DNA from: an uncultured Thermodesulfobacteriota bacterium
GTDB lineage: Bacteria; Desulfobacterota; WTBG01; CAIYCZ01; CAIRTM01
NCBI GenBank assembly: GCA_964518865.1
Contig: CAZFIB010000013.1
Coordinates: forward strand, 2,777-66,776
Length of the DNA stretch: 64,000 bases
Direction of reading: 5' to 3'
Part shown: positions 27,960-36,507 of the stretch, in pieces
How the letters are laid out: every line of letters starts with the position of its first letter
Position numbering within the stretch: the stretch's first letter is position 1
Translations under genes and position numbers: made by a program
The notes under the pieces: generated by a model
Told to the model about the DNA's origin: nothing
Databases searched by the model: none
The model's input: the letters and a program-made list of their open reading frames with translations, nothing else

Positions 27960-28477
27960 ACTCAGGCAGCGTACAGGATGGGGGGCAGGTATGTCCTATG
28001 ACGGCTGATCAGGCAAAAAGGGTGCGCGGGTCACAGTTGCAGGGGGTGGAGAAACGGAAATTCCAGCGCCTCGATTTCCCGCTGCAGGTACAGGTAACGG
28101 TTGTTACCGAGGAGGATCCCGCAGGACAGGACCCCTCCTGCATCGCCAAATGTCTCAATGTTTCTTTGCAGGGCATATGCCTTGAAACCCCGAACATACT
28201 GCTCGGCCCCTTCAATATCCTTTCGGGCTCACCCGGTTCCCGGGAATATATTCTCAGGCTTGCATTCAGCTGTTTGCCGGACACGGCACCGGTGATCGCC
28301 ACCGGGCAGGTGTGCTGGTATGATGTTGCCTGCGAGAGCGATGATTTCAGATATCAGGTAGGAATAGTGTTTCTTGAAATCGAGGGCGACGGCAGGGAGC
28401 AGCTGAAGCGTTTTCTCAAGACAAACAGAAAAAAAACAGGCTTTTTCCAGTCACTTTGGGCACGGGTTGCCCATTGA
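27956..28477 (+). CDS. PilZ-domain protein (c-di-GMP binding).
   Basis: RxxxR motif (EKRKFQRLDF) and D/NxSxxG motif (LNVSLQGICL). The start may instead be the internal ATG at 27998. It overlaps the preceding gene by 4 nt. Confidence 0.7.
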   Translation: MNSGSVQDGGQVCPMTADQAKRVRGSQLQGVEKRKFQRLDFPLQVQVTVVTEEDPAGQDPSCIAKCLNVSLQGICLETPNILLGPFNILSGSPGSREYILRLAFSCLPDTAPVIATGQVCWYDVACESDDFRYQVGIVFLEIEGDGREQLKRFLKTNRKKTGFFQSLWARVAH

Positions 28478-28575
28478 TACATCTTTCGCAGAGGTCCCGT
28501 TTTTACCCTCCCGCTTTTTTTTTTACCCTTTTCGATATATCCTAAAAAATAATTAAAAATCTTTGAATATTTTTT

Positions 28576-28626
28576 CTTGACATTCCCCTATATGTTGTGT
28601 TTTATAGAACCACAAAACACAACATA
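28576..28626 (+). promoter_or_regulatory. nrdD promoter (TTGACA at 28576-28581) with an overlapping perfect 13-bp inverted repeat TATGTTGTGTTTT-N10-AAAACACAACATA (28591-28626). Candidate repressor operator.
   Basis: Read directly. The palindrome covers the predicted -10 region (TTTTAT, 28600-28605). Confidence 0.5.
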
Positions 28627-28651
28627 GCGATATTTAAACGGGGAGGGCGCC

Positions 28652-30769
28652 ATGGGGTCTTTGGTAGAGCTTAAAGCTCACGCAGGAGAGAAGCAACAAA
28701 AAGGTGAGACCACCGATTTAGCTCTTTTTGTCCGGACGTCGAGCGAGGATCTGGCCGGCTGGAATCGACAGAAAATTGTCGATGCTCTGGTGCGTGAAGC
28801 AAGCCTCGATACGAGCGTTGCCGAAGAGATCAGCAAAGAAGTTCAGGAAATCATACTCGCCTCCAAGATCAAGTGGGTTACCGCGCCGCTCGTACGAGAG
28901 CTGGTCGACTCCAAGCTGATAGAGCGCGGGCTTGAGGATGCCCGCAAGAAACACACCCGCCTCGGTGTTCCCCTGTGGGATGTCGAGCAGCTTCTGCTTC
29001 ATCCCAACAAGGAAAACGCCAATGTCCCCCACGGGCCGGAAGCCACCAACCTGACCCTGGCGGAAGGAATCAAAAAAGAATATGCCCTGCTGAAAGTTTT
29101 TTCTCCGGCGGTGAGCGATGCGCATATGCGCGGTGACATGCATCTGCACGACCTGGGATTCATCGATCGTCCGTACTGTTCCGGCCAGTCGCTGGAGTAC
29201 ATAAAAAAGTTCGGTCTCAGCCTTCCCAATTCGCTCTCCAATGCAAAGCCGGCAAAACAGCCCGAGGTGCTGCTGGCTCACATGGTAAAGTTCGCTGCCG
29301 CCCTGCAGAGCCACTTTGCCGGCGCGATCGGCTGGGATGCGGTGAATCTGTTTTTTGCCCCGTATCTTGAAGGCCGCAGCGACCGGGAGGTGCGTCAGCT
29401 TGCCCAGATGATGGTGTACGAGTTTTCGCAGCAGGCGGTGGCCCGCGGCGGACAGGCGATTTTTACCGACATTAACCTGTACTGGGAGGTGCCGAAGCAC
29501 TTTGAGAACGTACCCGCTATCGGCCCGGGCGGCGCATTTACCGGTAAAACCTACGGCGACTATGAAAAGGAAGCGCAGCGTTTTGTCTGGGAGCTGTTTA
29601 ACGTTTATAAAGAGGGTGACGGAACGGGCAGACCGTTTTTCTTCCCCAAGCCTTTGGTGCATATCACCGAAAAGTTTTTCAGAACCGAGGGCCACAACGA
29701 ATTCCTCAACCACATCTGCGATATTGCCAGCGAAAAGGGCACAACGTATTTTGTGTTCGACCGCGGCGAAACAGCCAAGATATCGGAGTGCTGCCGTCTG
29801 AGCTTCAAGCTTAACGATAATGATCTGCTCGATGCAAAAGAGCCCTGGCGCATGCGTTTTTGTGCGCTGCAGAACGTGACGATCAATCTCCCGCGCCTGG
29901 GGTACCGGGCGGACGGCAACGAGGAGCTGCTGTTCGAGCACCTGACGAAAATGATGGAAACGGCCGTTACGGCCCACCTGGAGAAAAAGGCCTTTATCGA
30001 GAATCTGCTTGACCTGGGCGAAAACGGCCCTCTGGCGCTGCTGACCATGAACAAGGACGGCATGGGCTATCTCAGAATGCACCGTGCCTCGTTTCTGATC
30101 GGTATGGTCGGACTCAACGAGCTGGTGAAAATCCAGACCGGCGAAGAGATGAACGAATCGCGCCGGGCGCTCAAGTTCGGACTGAAGGTTATTTCACACA
30201 TGAACCTGCTGTGCCACCGCTGCAGCGAGCAGTACGGCATGCATTTTGTGCTCGAGCAGACCCCGGCTGAAAGCACCGCCTACCGCTTTGCAAAGCTTGA
30301 TTTGCGCGATTTTCCCGAACATGCGCCGAAGCATGTAAAGGGAAGCATTCCCTACGGTGAGGTATACTACACGAATTCGACCTGTCTGCCGGTTTCGTCG
30401 CGAGAAAATCCTGTCGAGCGCGTCAAGGCCGAAGGTATGTTTCATCCCATTATCGAGGCCGGCGCAATTACCCATATCTGGCTCGGCGAATCCAAGCCGT
30501 CCAAGGAATCGCTGGCGAATTTCGTCAAAAAGGTTTTCAGGGAAACACAGAACGACCAGATCGCGTTTTCACCTGAGTTCACCAACTGTCTGCAGTGCGG
30601 TAAAACCGTCCGCGGCCTGCGCGAAACATGCCCGCACTGCGGCTCTCCCGAAGTCGACGGCATAACCCGGATCACCGGCTATTTTACAAAGATATCGAGC
30701 TGGAACAAGGGCAAGCTGGGTGAGCTCAAGGAACGCAACAAGAACAAGGGATATTTTTCCGTTCACTAG
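28652..30769 (+). CDS. nrdD: Anaerobic ribonucleoside-triphosphate reductase (class III).
   Basis: ATP-cone N-terminus. C-terminal zinc ribbon CLQCGKTVRGLRETCPHCG. Glycyl-radical motif RITGYFTK. Confidence 0.9.
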   Translation: MGSLVELKAHAGEKQQKGETTDLALFVRTSSEDLAGWNRQKIVDALVREASLDTSVAEEISKEVQEIILASKIKWVTAPLVRELVDSKLIERGLEDARKKHTRLGVPLWDVEQLLLHPNKENANVPHGPEATNLTLAEGIKKEYALLKVFSPAVSDAHMRGDMHLHDLGFIDRPYCSGQSLEYIKKFGLSLPNSLSNAKPAKQPEVLLAHMVKFAAALQSHFAGAIGWDAVNLFFAPYLEGRSDREVRQLAQMMVYEFSQQAVARGGQAIFTDINLYWEVPKHFENVPAIGPGGAFTGKTYGDYEKEAQRFVWELFNVYKEGDGTGRPFFFPKPLVHITEKFFRTEGHNEFLNHICDIASEKGTTYFVFDRGETAKISECCRLSFKLNDNDLLDAKEPWRMRFCALQNVTINLPRLGYRADGNEELLFEHLTKMMETAVTAHLEKKAFIENLLDLGENGPLALLTMNKDGMGYLRMHRASFLIGMVGLNELVKIQTGEEMNESRRALKFGLKVISHMNLLCHRCSEQYGMHFVLEQTPAESTAYRFAKLDLRDFPEHAPKHVKGSIPYGEVYYTNSTCLPVSSRENPVERVKAEGMFHPIIEAGAITHIWLGESKPSKESLANFVKKVFRETQNDQIAFSPEFTNCLQCGKTVRGLRETCPHCGSPEVDGITRITGYFTKISSWNKGKLGELKERNKNKGYFSVH

Positions 30770-30779
30770 GAGTGACGCC

Positions 30780-31043
30780 ATGAGCGTGATCAAGCTTTTT
30801 GTTCAGCAGCAGTGCGCCAAGTGCCCGCAGGCCAAGGAACTTGGACAGGCCCTGCGGCAGGAAGGGTGTACCGTGCTGGAGTATGATGTCGGCACAACCG
30901 AGGGTCTTGCCGAGGCAACCTTTTACGGTGTGCAGGCAACCCCGACGTTTATCGTTGAAGATGATCAGGAAAACATGATTGCAGATTTCAGGGGAACACT
31001 TCCCGTCAAGGACGAACTCAGGCAAATCGCCACTGCCCGGTAG
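30780..31043 (+). CDS. Small thioredoxin-fold (glutaredoxin/NrdH-like) protein.
   Basis: MSVIKLFVQQQCAKCPQAK (CxxC) ... ATPTFIV. RBS AGGAGTG. Lies between nrdD and nrdG. Confidence 0.65.
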   Translation: MSVIKLFVQQQCAKCPQAKELGQALRQEGCTVLEYDVGTTEGLAEATFYGVQATPTFIVEDDQENMIADFRGTLPVKDELRQIATAR

Positions 31044-31049
31044 AACGTT

Positions 31050-31769
31050 ATGGAACGCCTCAACCATATACCCGTCAAGGGCTTTATTGAGAATTCATTT
31101 GTCGACTGGCCGGGCATGCTGTGCGCGGTAGTCTTTCTGCCGGGCTGCAATTTCCGCTGCCCGTACTGTCACAATGCAGAGCTTGTGCTCAGGCCGGATG
31201 CGCTGCAGGACGTCGACTGGACCGAGATAGCCGACTATTTGCACAGTCAGCGCGGCTGGATCGACGGCGTATGTATCTCGGGAGGTGAGCCGACGCTGCA
31301 CAGGGGGCTTCCCGATGTTTTTCGTGCAGTGAGGGCCATGGGCCTTGCGGCAAAACTCGACACCAACGGCAGCAATCCCGCAATGCTTGAAGCGCTTATG
31401 GCTGAAGGACTTCTGGACTATGTAGCCATGGATGTCAAGTCATGTCTCGACGAACAGCATTACTGTATGATCACCGGTGCTGCAAACATGTTCGATGCCG
31501 TCAAACAGAGCATACGCATTCTGCTCGGGGGCAGCGTTGACTACGAGTTCAGGACGACGGTGGTTCCGACCTTTCACAAGCCTGATGATATTTTTCGCCT
31601 GGCTGCGGAGCTCAACGGGGCTCCCCGGCTCAGAATCCAGAATTTCAGCCCCTCCGAGTCGATCCTCGATCCGCGCCTGAAGAATCTGCAGCCGTTCACG
31701 GACGAGCAGATCAGCAGTATTCAGCAGCGCGTGGACAGGCTGATAGCCCCGAGCTGCCGACCTGTCTGA
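31050..31769 (+). CDS. nrdG: Anaerobic RNR-activating protein (radical SAM).
   Basis: CNFRCPYCHN cluster motif near the N-terminus. ~239 aa. Confidence 0.85.
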   Translation: MERLNHIPVKGFIENSFVDWPGMLCAVVFLPGCNFRCPYCHNAELVLRPDALQDVDWTEIADYLHSQRGWIDGVCISGGEPTLHRGLPDVFRAVRAMGLAAKLDTNGSNPAMLEALMAEGLLDYVAMDVKSCLDEQHYCMITGAANMFDAVKQSIRILLGGSVDYEFRTTVVPTFHKPDDIFRLAAELNGAPRLRIQNFSPSESILDPRLKNLQPFTDEQISSIQQRVDRLIAPSCRPV

Positions 31770-31944
31770 ACAGAACCTCCGTGAGTACAAGGATCCTGCG
31801 GGAACCTTTTGAAACACGACGGAGCGTGATCCTCAACCTGCATATAACAACAGTATCGCGAGCATTTGACACTGGTTGGCCGGGGTTCTTCATGCAATGA
31901 ACAGAGGCACTGTCACCGGATATGGTGCGGTGTTTGTGGAGATT

Positions 31945-31972
31945 GCTTCGTCACGCCACGGCGTGACGAAGC
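31945..31972. other. Strong 13-bp stem hairpin GCTTCGTCACGCC-ac-GGCGTGACGAAGC in a 390-bp ORF-poor spacer.
   Basis: Read directly. An A-run follows on the plus strand (a T-run precedes it on the minus strand). Confidence 0.4.
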
Positions 31973-32162
31973 AAGGACAGTAAAAAAATGACGTTATGGA
32001 AAATCAATAGCTTACCGTATGTTCATCAGGAATCACGCTTTGGAGGGATGACCAATCTCAATTACCTGATTTTATGAGCCGTGCCCCATCCATGCCCCGT
32101 CCATTGACTTTGAAAAATCATTATGGTACATTTTTTTACTTGAGTTAAACAGTCTCGCAGCT

Positions 32163-32624
32163 ATGGAATACAACAGGCAGTTTGATGAGCTGTGCATGCG
32201 GGCAGCGCTTGAGCAGGCCTGTCTGGCGCGCCGCAGCGGCGAAGTGCCGGTCGGTGCGGTGCTTGCCGGAAAAGACGGTATTATCGCGCGGGGCTACAAC
32301 AGTCCCCGGTCGCTGCATGACCCGAGCGCACACGCTGAAGTTGTAACGCTTCGGCGGGCCGGTGAGGCGGTCGGCAACTATCGCATGCCGGGCACGGTGC
32401 TGTATGTAACGATCGAGCCGTGCATTATGTGCATGGGAGCGCTGGTCCAGGCCCGTGTCGACCGCCTGGTGTACGGAGCGCCGGACCCGCGGGCTGGGGC
32501 AGCCGGAACGGTTTTCGATTTTTCAAACGACCGGCGGCTCAACCATCGCATGGACGTGTGCGCCGGCGTTCTGGAGCATGAGTGCCGTGCCGTGCTTCAG
32601 GTTTTTTTTGAGCAAAAACGCTGA
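32163..32624 (+). CDS. tadA: tRNA-specific adenosine deaminase.
   Basis: HAEV...TIEPCIMCMGAL CMP/dCMP deaminase zinc motif. 153 aa. Confidence 0.85.
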   Translation: MEYNRQFDELCMRAALEQACLARRSGEVPVGAVLAGKDGIIARGYNSPRSLHDPSAHAEVVTLRRAGEAVGNYRMPGTVLYVTIEPCIMCMGALVQARVDRLVYGAPDPRAGAAGTVFDFSNDRRLNHRMDVCAGVLEHECRAVLQVFFEQKR

Positions 32625-32670
32625 GCACACCGGCGTGTGCGATCAGCTATGCATGCTGTTGAACAATTGC

Positions 32671-32762
32671 GGAGAGATGGCCGAGCTGGCTGAAGGTGCA
32701 CGACTGGAAATCGTGTGTGCGTTAACAGCGTACCGAGGGTTCGAATCCCTCTCTCTCCGCCA
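32671..32762 (+). tRNA. tRNA-Ser (anticodon GGA).
   Basis: GGAGAGA-TG-GCCGAGCTGGCTGAAGGTG-CACGA-CTGGAAA-TCGTG-long variable arm-GAGGG-TTCGAAT-CCCTC-TCTCTCC-G-CCA. CCA is encoded. 92 nt. Confidence 0.9.
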
Positions 32763-32912
32763 TTTATATCCGGAAACCAGGAATGTAGCCGGATCCCAAG
32801 CAACAGGTGATTTGCGAACCCCGCCAGGTCCGGAAGGAAGCAACGGTAGTAAAGATCCTGTGTGTTTGGTGTATCCGGCTATTTTTCCTCTCTGCCCGGT
32901 CGTGCCGACGTC

Positions 32913-34553
32913 ATGACATCCGATCAGCCATCTCAACAGACAAGCGCTTCCTACCGGGTTCTGGCCCGCAAATGCCGCCCGCAGACTTTTGCAGAGGTCG
33001 TGGGGCAGCAGCATGTCACCCGCACGCTGGCCAACGCCATCAGCGAAGGCCGCCTCGCGCATGCATTTCTTTTCAGCGGCGAGCGCGGTGTCGGCAAGAC
33101 CTCGGTTGCGAGAATCCTCGCCAAGGCCCTGAACTGTCACGGCGGCCCGACCGAGACCCCCTGCGATGCCTGTGCATCCTGCACTGAAATCGCAGCCGGC
33201 TCAAGTCTTGATGTTCATGAAATCGACGGTGCGTCCAACAACAGCGTGGAGGATGTCAGAACGCTTCGCGAAAATGTGAAGTATATGCCCTCGCGCGACA
33301 GGTTCAAGATATACATCATCGATGAAGTGCACATGCTGTCCACCTCGGCGTTTAATGCTTTGCTGAAAACCCTTGAGGAGCCGCCGCAGCATGTCAAGTT
33401 CATATTCGCCACCACCGAACCCCATAAAATTCCGGACACCATCAATTCCCGATGCCTGCGTCTGGACTTCAAGCGCATACCGCTGCGGGATATTGCGGCC
33501 CAGCTTGAAACCATTGCCGCGGCCGAAAAGGTAAGCATCAGCGCCCGGGCCCTGCATCTCATTGCACGGGAGGCCGAGGGCAGCATGCGCGATGCCCAGA
33601 CGATGCTGGAGCGCGCAATCTCGTATTGCGGGGATACGGTGGGCGATGAGGCGCTCGCCGACCTGCTGGGCCATGTCGACCGAAGCCTGCTGCACGGCAT
33701 TCTGGAGGGCCTTGTTCAGTCTGACGCCGCCGCGGTTGCGCGCAGTATCGGGGATGCCTACAGCAGCGGTGTCGACCTGCACCGGCTGTACTACGGCCTG
33801 GTCGAGCTGCTGCGGGATGTGCTGATGACCAAAACAGGAGGGGGCGAAAGCAGGCTGATCGATGCATCGGACGATGAGCGTTCGATTCTTCAGCAGCACG
33901 CCGAATCGCTGTCGCACGATGATCTTTTACGGTGTCTGCGGCTTGCCATGGCATCCGAACCCGACATCACCCGCTCGCAGAACCCGCGCATAGCCCTTGA
34001 GGTGCTGCTGCTTGAAATGGTTTTTATCAGAGAATCACTGCCGATTGACGAAGTAATGACGCATATCGATGCGCTTGCGCGTCAGGGCACGGCGGGGGCA
34101 CGGCCCGGGGGGTCCGCCGGTTCTCCGCCACAGCCGAAGCAGCAGGTCTCCCGCACGGTGCCGCGCACGAGCGGAGGCACCCCCGATGCGGAGGCTCTGC
34201 TGCAGTTCATCAAGAAAAAAAGCCCGCCCATGGCCGGCAAGCTTTCCGGCTGCACGATAAGCATTGACAAAGACGCCGCGATACGGCTTATGATGCCCGA
34301 GGGTTCTTTTTTTGCCGAGCAGCTCAAAGAGACTGAAGAGCTTGAGCGTCTGACAGAATGGTGCTCTGAGTTCTTCGGCCGTGACGTGCGGGTGGCCGTT
34401 TCCCAGACCCGGATGCGACGGCAGGAAGCCGATCGGCCCGATCCGCGTGAACTAAAAAAAAAAGCACGGGATCAGGCGCTGCACAATCCCGTCATTCAAA
34501 AAGTGATGGAAACCTTTAACGGACAAATCATAGAGATCCGTACCGATCTCTGA
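32913..34553 (+). CDS. dnaX: DNA polymerase III subunit gamma/tau.
   Basis: GERGVGKTS Walker A, zinc module CHGGPTETPCDACASC, DEVHML Walker B. Start chosen at ATG 32913 within ORF 32862..34553. Confidence 0.85.
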   Translation: MTSDQPSQQTSASYRVLARKCRPQTFAEVVGQQHVTRTLANAISEGRLAHAFLFSGERGVGKTSVARILAKALNCHGGPTETPCDACASCTEIAAGSSLDVHEIDGASNNSVEDVRTLRENVKYMPSRDRFKIYIIDEVHMLSTSAFNALLKTLEEPPQHVKFIFATTEPHKIPDTINSRCLRLDFKRIPLRDIAAQLETIAAAEKVSISARALHLIAREAEGSMRDAQTMLERAISYCGDTVGDEALADLLGHVDRSLLHGILEGLVQSDAAAVARSIGDAYSSGVDLHRLYYGLVELLRDVLMTKTGGGESRLIDASDDERSILQQHAESLSHDDLLRCLRLAMASEPDITRSQNPRIALEVLLLEMVFIRESLPIDEVMTHIDALARQGTAGARPGGSAGSPPQPKQQVSRTVPRTSGGTPDAEALLQFIKKKSPPMAGKLSGCTISIDKDAAIRLMMPEGSFFAEQLKETEELERLTEWCSEFFGRDVRVAVSQTRMRRQEADRPDPRELKKKARDQALHNPVIQKVMETFNGQIIEIRTDL

Positions 34554-34564
34554 AGGAGTCAGCC

Positions 34565-34876
34565 ATGGATATTCCCGGCATGATGAAACAGGCTCAGAAA
34601 CTTCAGGAACAGATGGCGAACATGCAGGAACAGCTCGGTTCCAGAACGGTACAGGCAGCATCGGGGGGCGGTATGGTAACGGTTGTCGCCAACGGCAGAC
34701 AGGAGATCGTTTCCGTCCGGATAGCGCCGGAGATCGCCGCCGGCGGTGATGTCGGCATGCTGCAGGACCTGGTTGCGGCAGCGGTCAATGAGGCGCTGCG
34801 GTCTTCGAGAAACATGATGCAGGAGGAGCTCGGCAAGCTTACCGGCGGTCTGAAAATACCGGGTATCACTACGTGA
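34565..34876 (+). CDS. ybaB: YbaB/EbfC nucleoid-associated protein.
   Basis: MMKQAQKLQEQMANMQEQL N-terminus. 103 aa. Lies between dnaX and recR. Confidence 0.85.
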   Translation: MDIPGMMKQAQKLQEQMANMQEQLGSRTVQAASGGGMVTVVANGRQEIVSVRIAPEIAAGGDVGMLQDLVAAAVNEALRSSRNMMQEELGKLTGGLKIPGITT

Positions 34877-34886
34877 GGAGTGCATA

Positions 34887-35483
34887 ATGAGCGTGCAGAA
34901 CCCGATACAGCATCTTGTGGCATGCCTGTCCCGTCTGCCGGGGGTCGGCGAGAAGACGGCAACCAGGCTGGCCCTGTACCTGGTCAACTGCCCTCGCGAG
35001 GAGGCGCTCGATTTAGCACGCAGTATCGACGATGCCCGTCGGAAAGTCTCATTGTGCAGCCGCTGTTTTAACTATGCAGAGGGTGATGTGTGCTCGATCT
35101 GCTCGGAGACCGTTCGGGACCACACGACCGTCTGCGTTGTGGAGACACCGGCCGATATCCTGTCAATCGAGCGTACCGGCGGGTATCGGGGCGTATATCA
35201 TGTCCTGCACGGCTCGATCGTGCCGCTGGACGGAATCGGTCCGGAGCAGCTGCGCATCAGCGAGCTTGTCGAGCGCATCAGGGCGGGTGGTGTTGATGAG
35301 GTCATTATCGCCACAAACCCGACCATGAGCGGCAATGCCACCGCCGCTTACATCGCGGACAGGCTGAAAAGCGGCAGCGCAAAGGTTTCACGTATTGCTC
35401 AGGGCATACCCTCCGGGGGAGATATCGGCTATGTGGACACGGTAACGCTGAAAAATGCGCTTGACGGCCGCCGCTGCATCTGA
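34887..35483 (+). CDS. recR: Recombination protein RecR.
   Basis: HhH (LPGVGEKTATRLA), C4 zinc finger (CSRCFNYAEGDVCSIC), Toprim region. Confidence 0.9.
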   Translation: MSVQNPIQHLVACLSRLPGVGEKTATRLALYLVNCPREEALDLARSIDDARRKVSLCSRCFNYAEGDVCSICSETVRDHTTVCVVETPADILSIERTGGYRGVYHVLHGSIVPLDGIGPEQLRISELVERIRAGGVDEVIIATNPTMSGNATAAYIADRLKSGSAKVSRIAQGIPSGGDIGYVDTVTLKNALDGRRCI

Positions 35484-35552
35484 GAAATCAAAATTAATAT
35501 TGCAATAAATCGATAAAATATATTTACTGTATTACTTTCCGGTATGTGCATA

Positions 35553-35581
35553 TTGACAAAATGCTACCGCCGCGATATGAT
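35553..35581 (+). promoter_or_regulatory. Sigma-70-type promoter of the por operon.
   Basis: TTGACA - 17 nt - TATGAT. About 80 nt upstream of porG. Confidence 0.55.
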
Positions 35582-35660
35582 TTCACCCTTCTTTTCGGGA
35601 GCACCGTGCAGAGGATGATTCGATAAATAGCTATTTACAGGTCATACAGGAGGACATTCT

Positions 35661-36212
35661 ATGATTGAAGTCAGAATTCACGGAAGAGGCGGGCAGGGTG
35701 GTGTGACATCCGCCGAGCTGGTTGCGCTGGCGGCGATCAGCGAGGGCAAGTATGCCCAGGCTTTTCCAAGTTTCGGTCCCGAGCGCAGGGGCGCTCCGGT
35801 GCTGTCGTTTATCCGTGTCGACTCGGCGCCCATCAAGGCGCGATATGAAATTCGCGAGCCGGATGTGGTCGTCGTTCTGGACCCATCGCTCATCGATGTC
35901 GCCAATGTGACGTCCGGGCTGAAGCCGGGCGGTATGATCGTCATCAACACCGGCAAGCCCATCGATGTCATCAAGAAAAACTATAACATTCAGGCTGCAA
36001 CGGCAACGGTCGACGCAACAAACATAGCACGGGAAATTCTGGGCCTGCCGATCACCAATACCACAATGATCGGCGCCCTTGTCCGTGCAACGGGCATCGT
36101 CGAGATGGACTCTCTTGTCGAGCCGCTCAAGCACCGGTTCGGCCGGATCGCGGAAAAGAATATCGCCGTCTGCCGCAAGGCCTACGAAGAGACCAACATG
36201 GAGGGAAACTGA
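35661..36212 (+). CDS. porG: Pyruvate/2-oxoacid:ferredoxin oxidoreductase gamma subunit.
   Basis: MIEVRIHGRGGQGGVTSAELVALAA...FGPERRG. Confidence 0.85.
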   Translation: MIEVRIHGRGGQGGVTSAELVALAAISEGKYAQAFPSFGPERRGAPVLSFIRVDSAPIKARYEIREPDVVVVLDPSLIDVANVTSGLKPGGMIVINTGKPIDVIKKNYNIQAATATVDATNIAREILGLPITNTTMIGALVRATGIVEMDSLVEPLKHRFGRIAEKNIAVCRKAYEETNMEGN

Positions 36213-36214
36213 CG

Positions 36215-36507
36215 TGGCCAAAAAAGACTCGGAAATAACCTGGAAAGATCTCGATATCGGCTGCATCGTCGTCGAAGCGGGCAATGCCGCGCAGTACAAG
36301 ACCGGCGACTGGCGCTCGCAGCGCCCCGTGTGGGACAAAGGCAAGTGCGTGAAATGCGGCCGCTGTTATTCATTCTGCCCCGAGCCCTGCATTGTGCAGG
36401 ATGAGGAAGGGTATTACGAAGCCGATCTGTACTGGTGCAAGGGCTGCGGCATATGCGCCCACGAATGCCCCAAAGGCGCTATAACTATTCTACAGGAGGA
36501 GAACTGA
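36215..36507 (+). CDS. porD: Pyruvate:ferredoxin oxidoreductase delta subunit (2x[4Fe-4S] ferredoxin).
   Basis: CVKCGRCYSFCP and CKGCGICAHECP. GTG start after GGAGGG. The ORF track frame 36079..36507 is trimmed to this start. Confidence 0.75.

Noticed and set aside
28576-28626. Considered calling the nrdD palindrome an NrdR box or a Rex box.
   Set aside because: The half-site ACAAAACACAACA does not fit the NrdR 16-bp tandem-box consensus or the Rex TTGTGAA-N4-TTCACAA consensus as I recall them. It is kept only as an unassigned operator.
28718-30082. 454-aa minus-strand ORF antisense to nrdD.
   Set aside because: Shadow ORF. The plus strand encodes an unmistakable class III RNR with a glycyl-radical motif.
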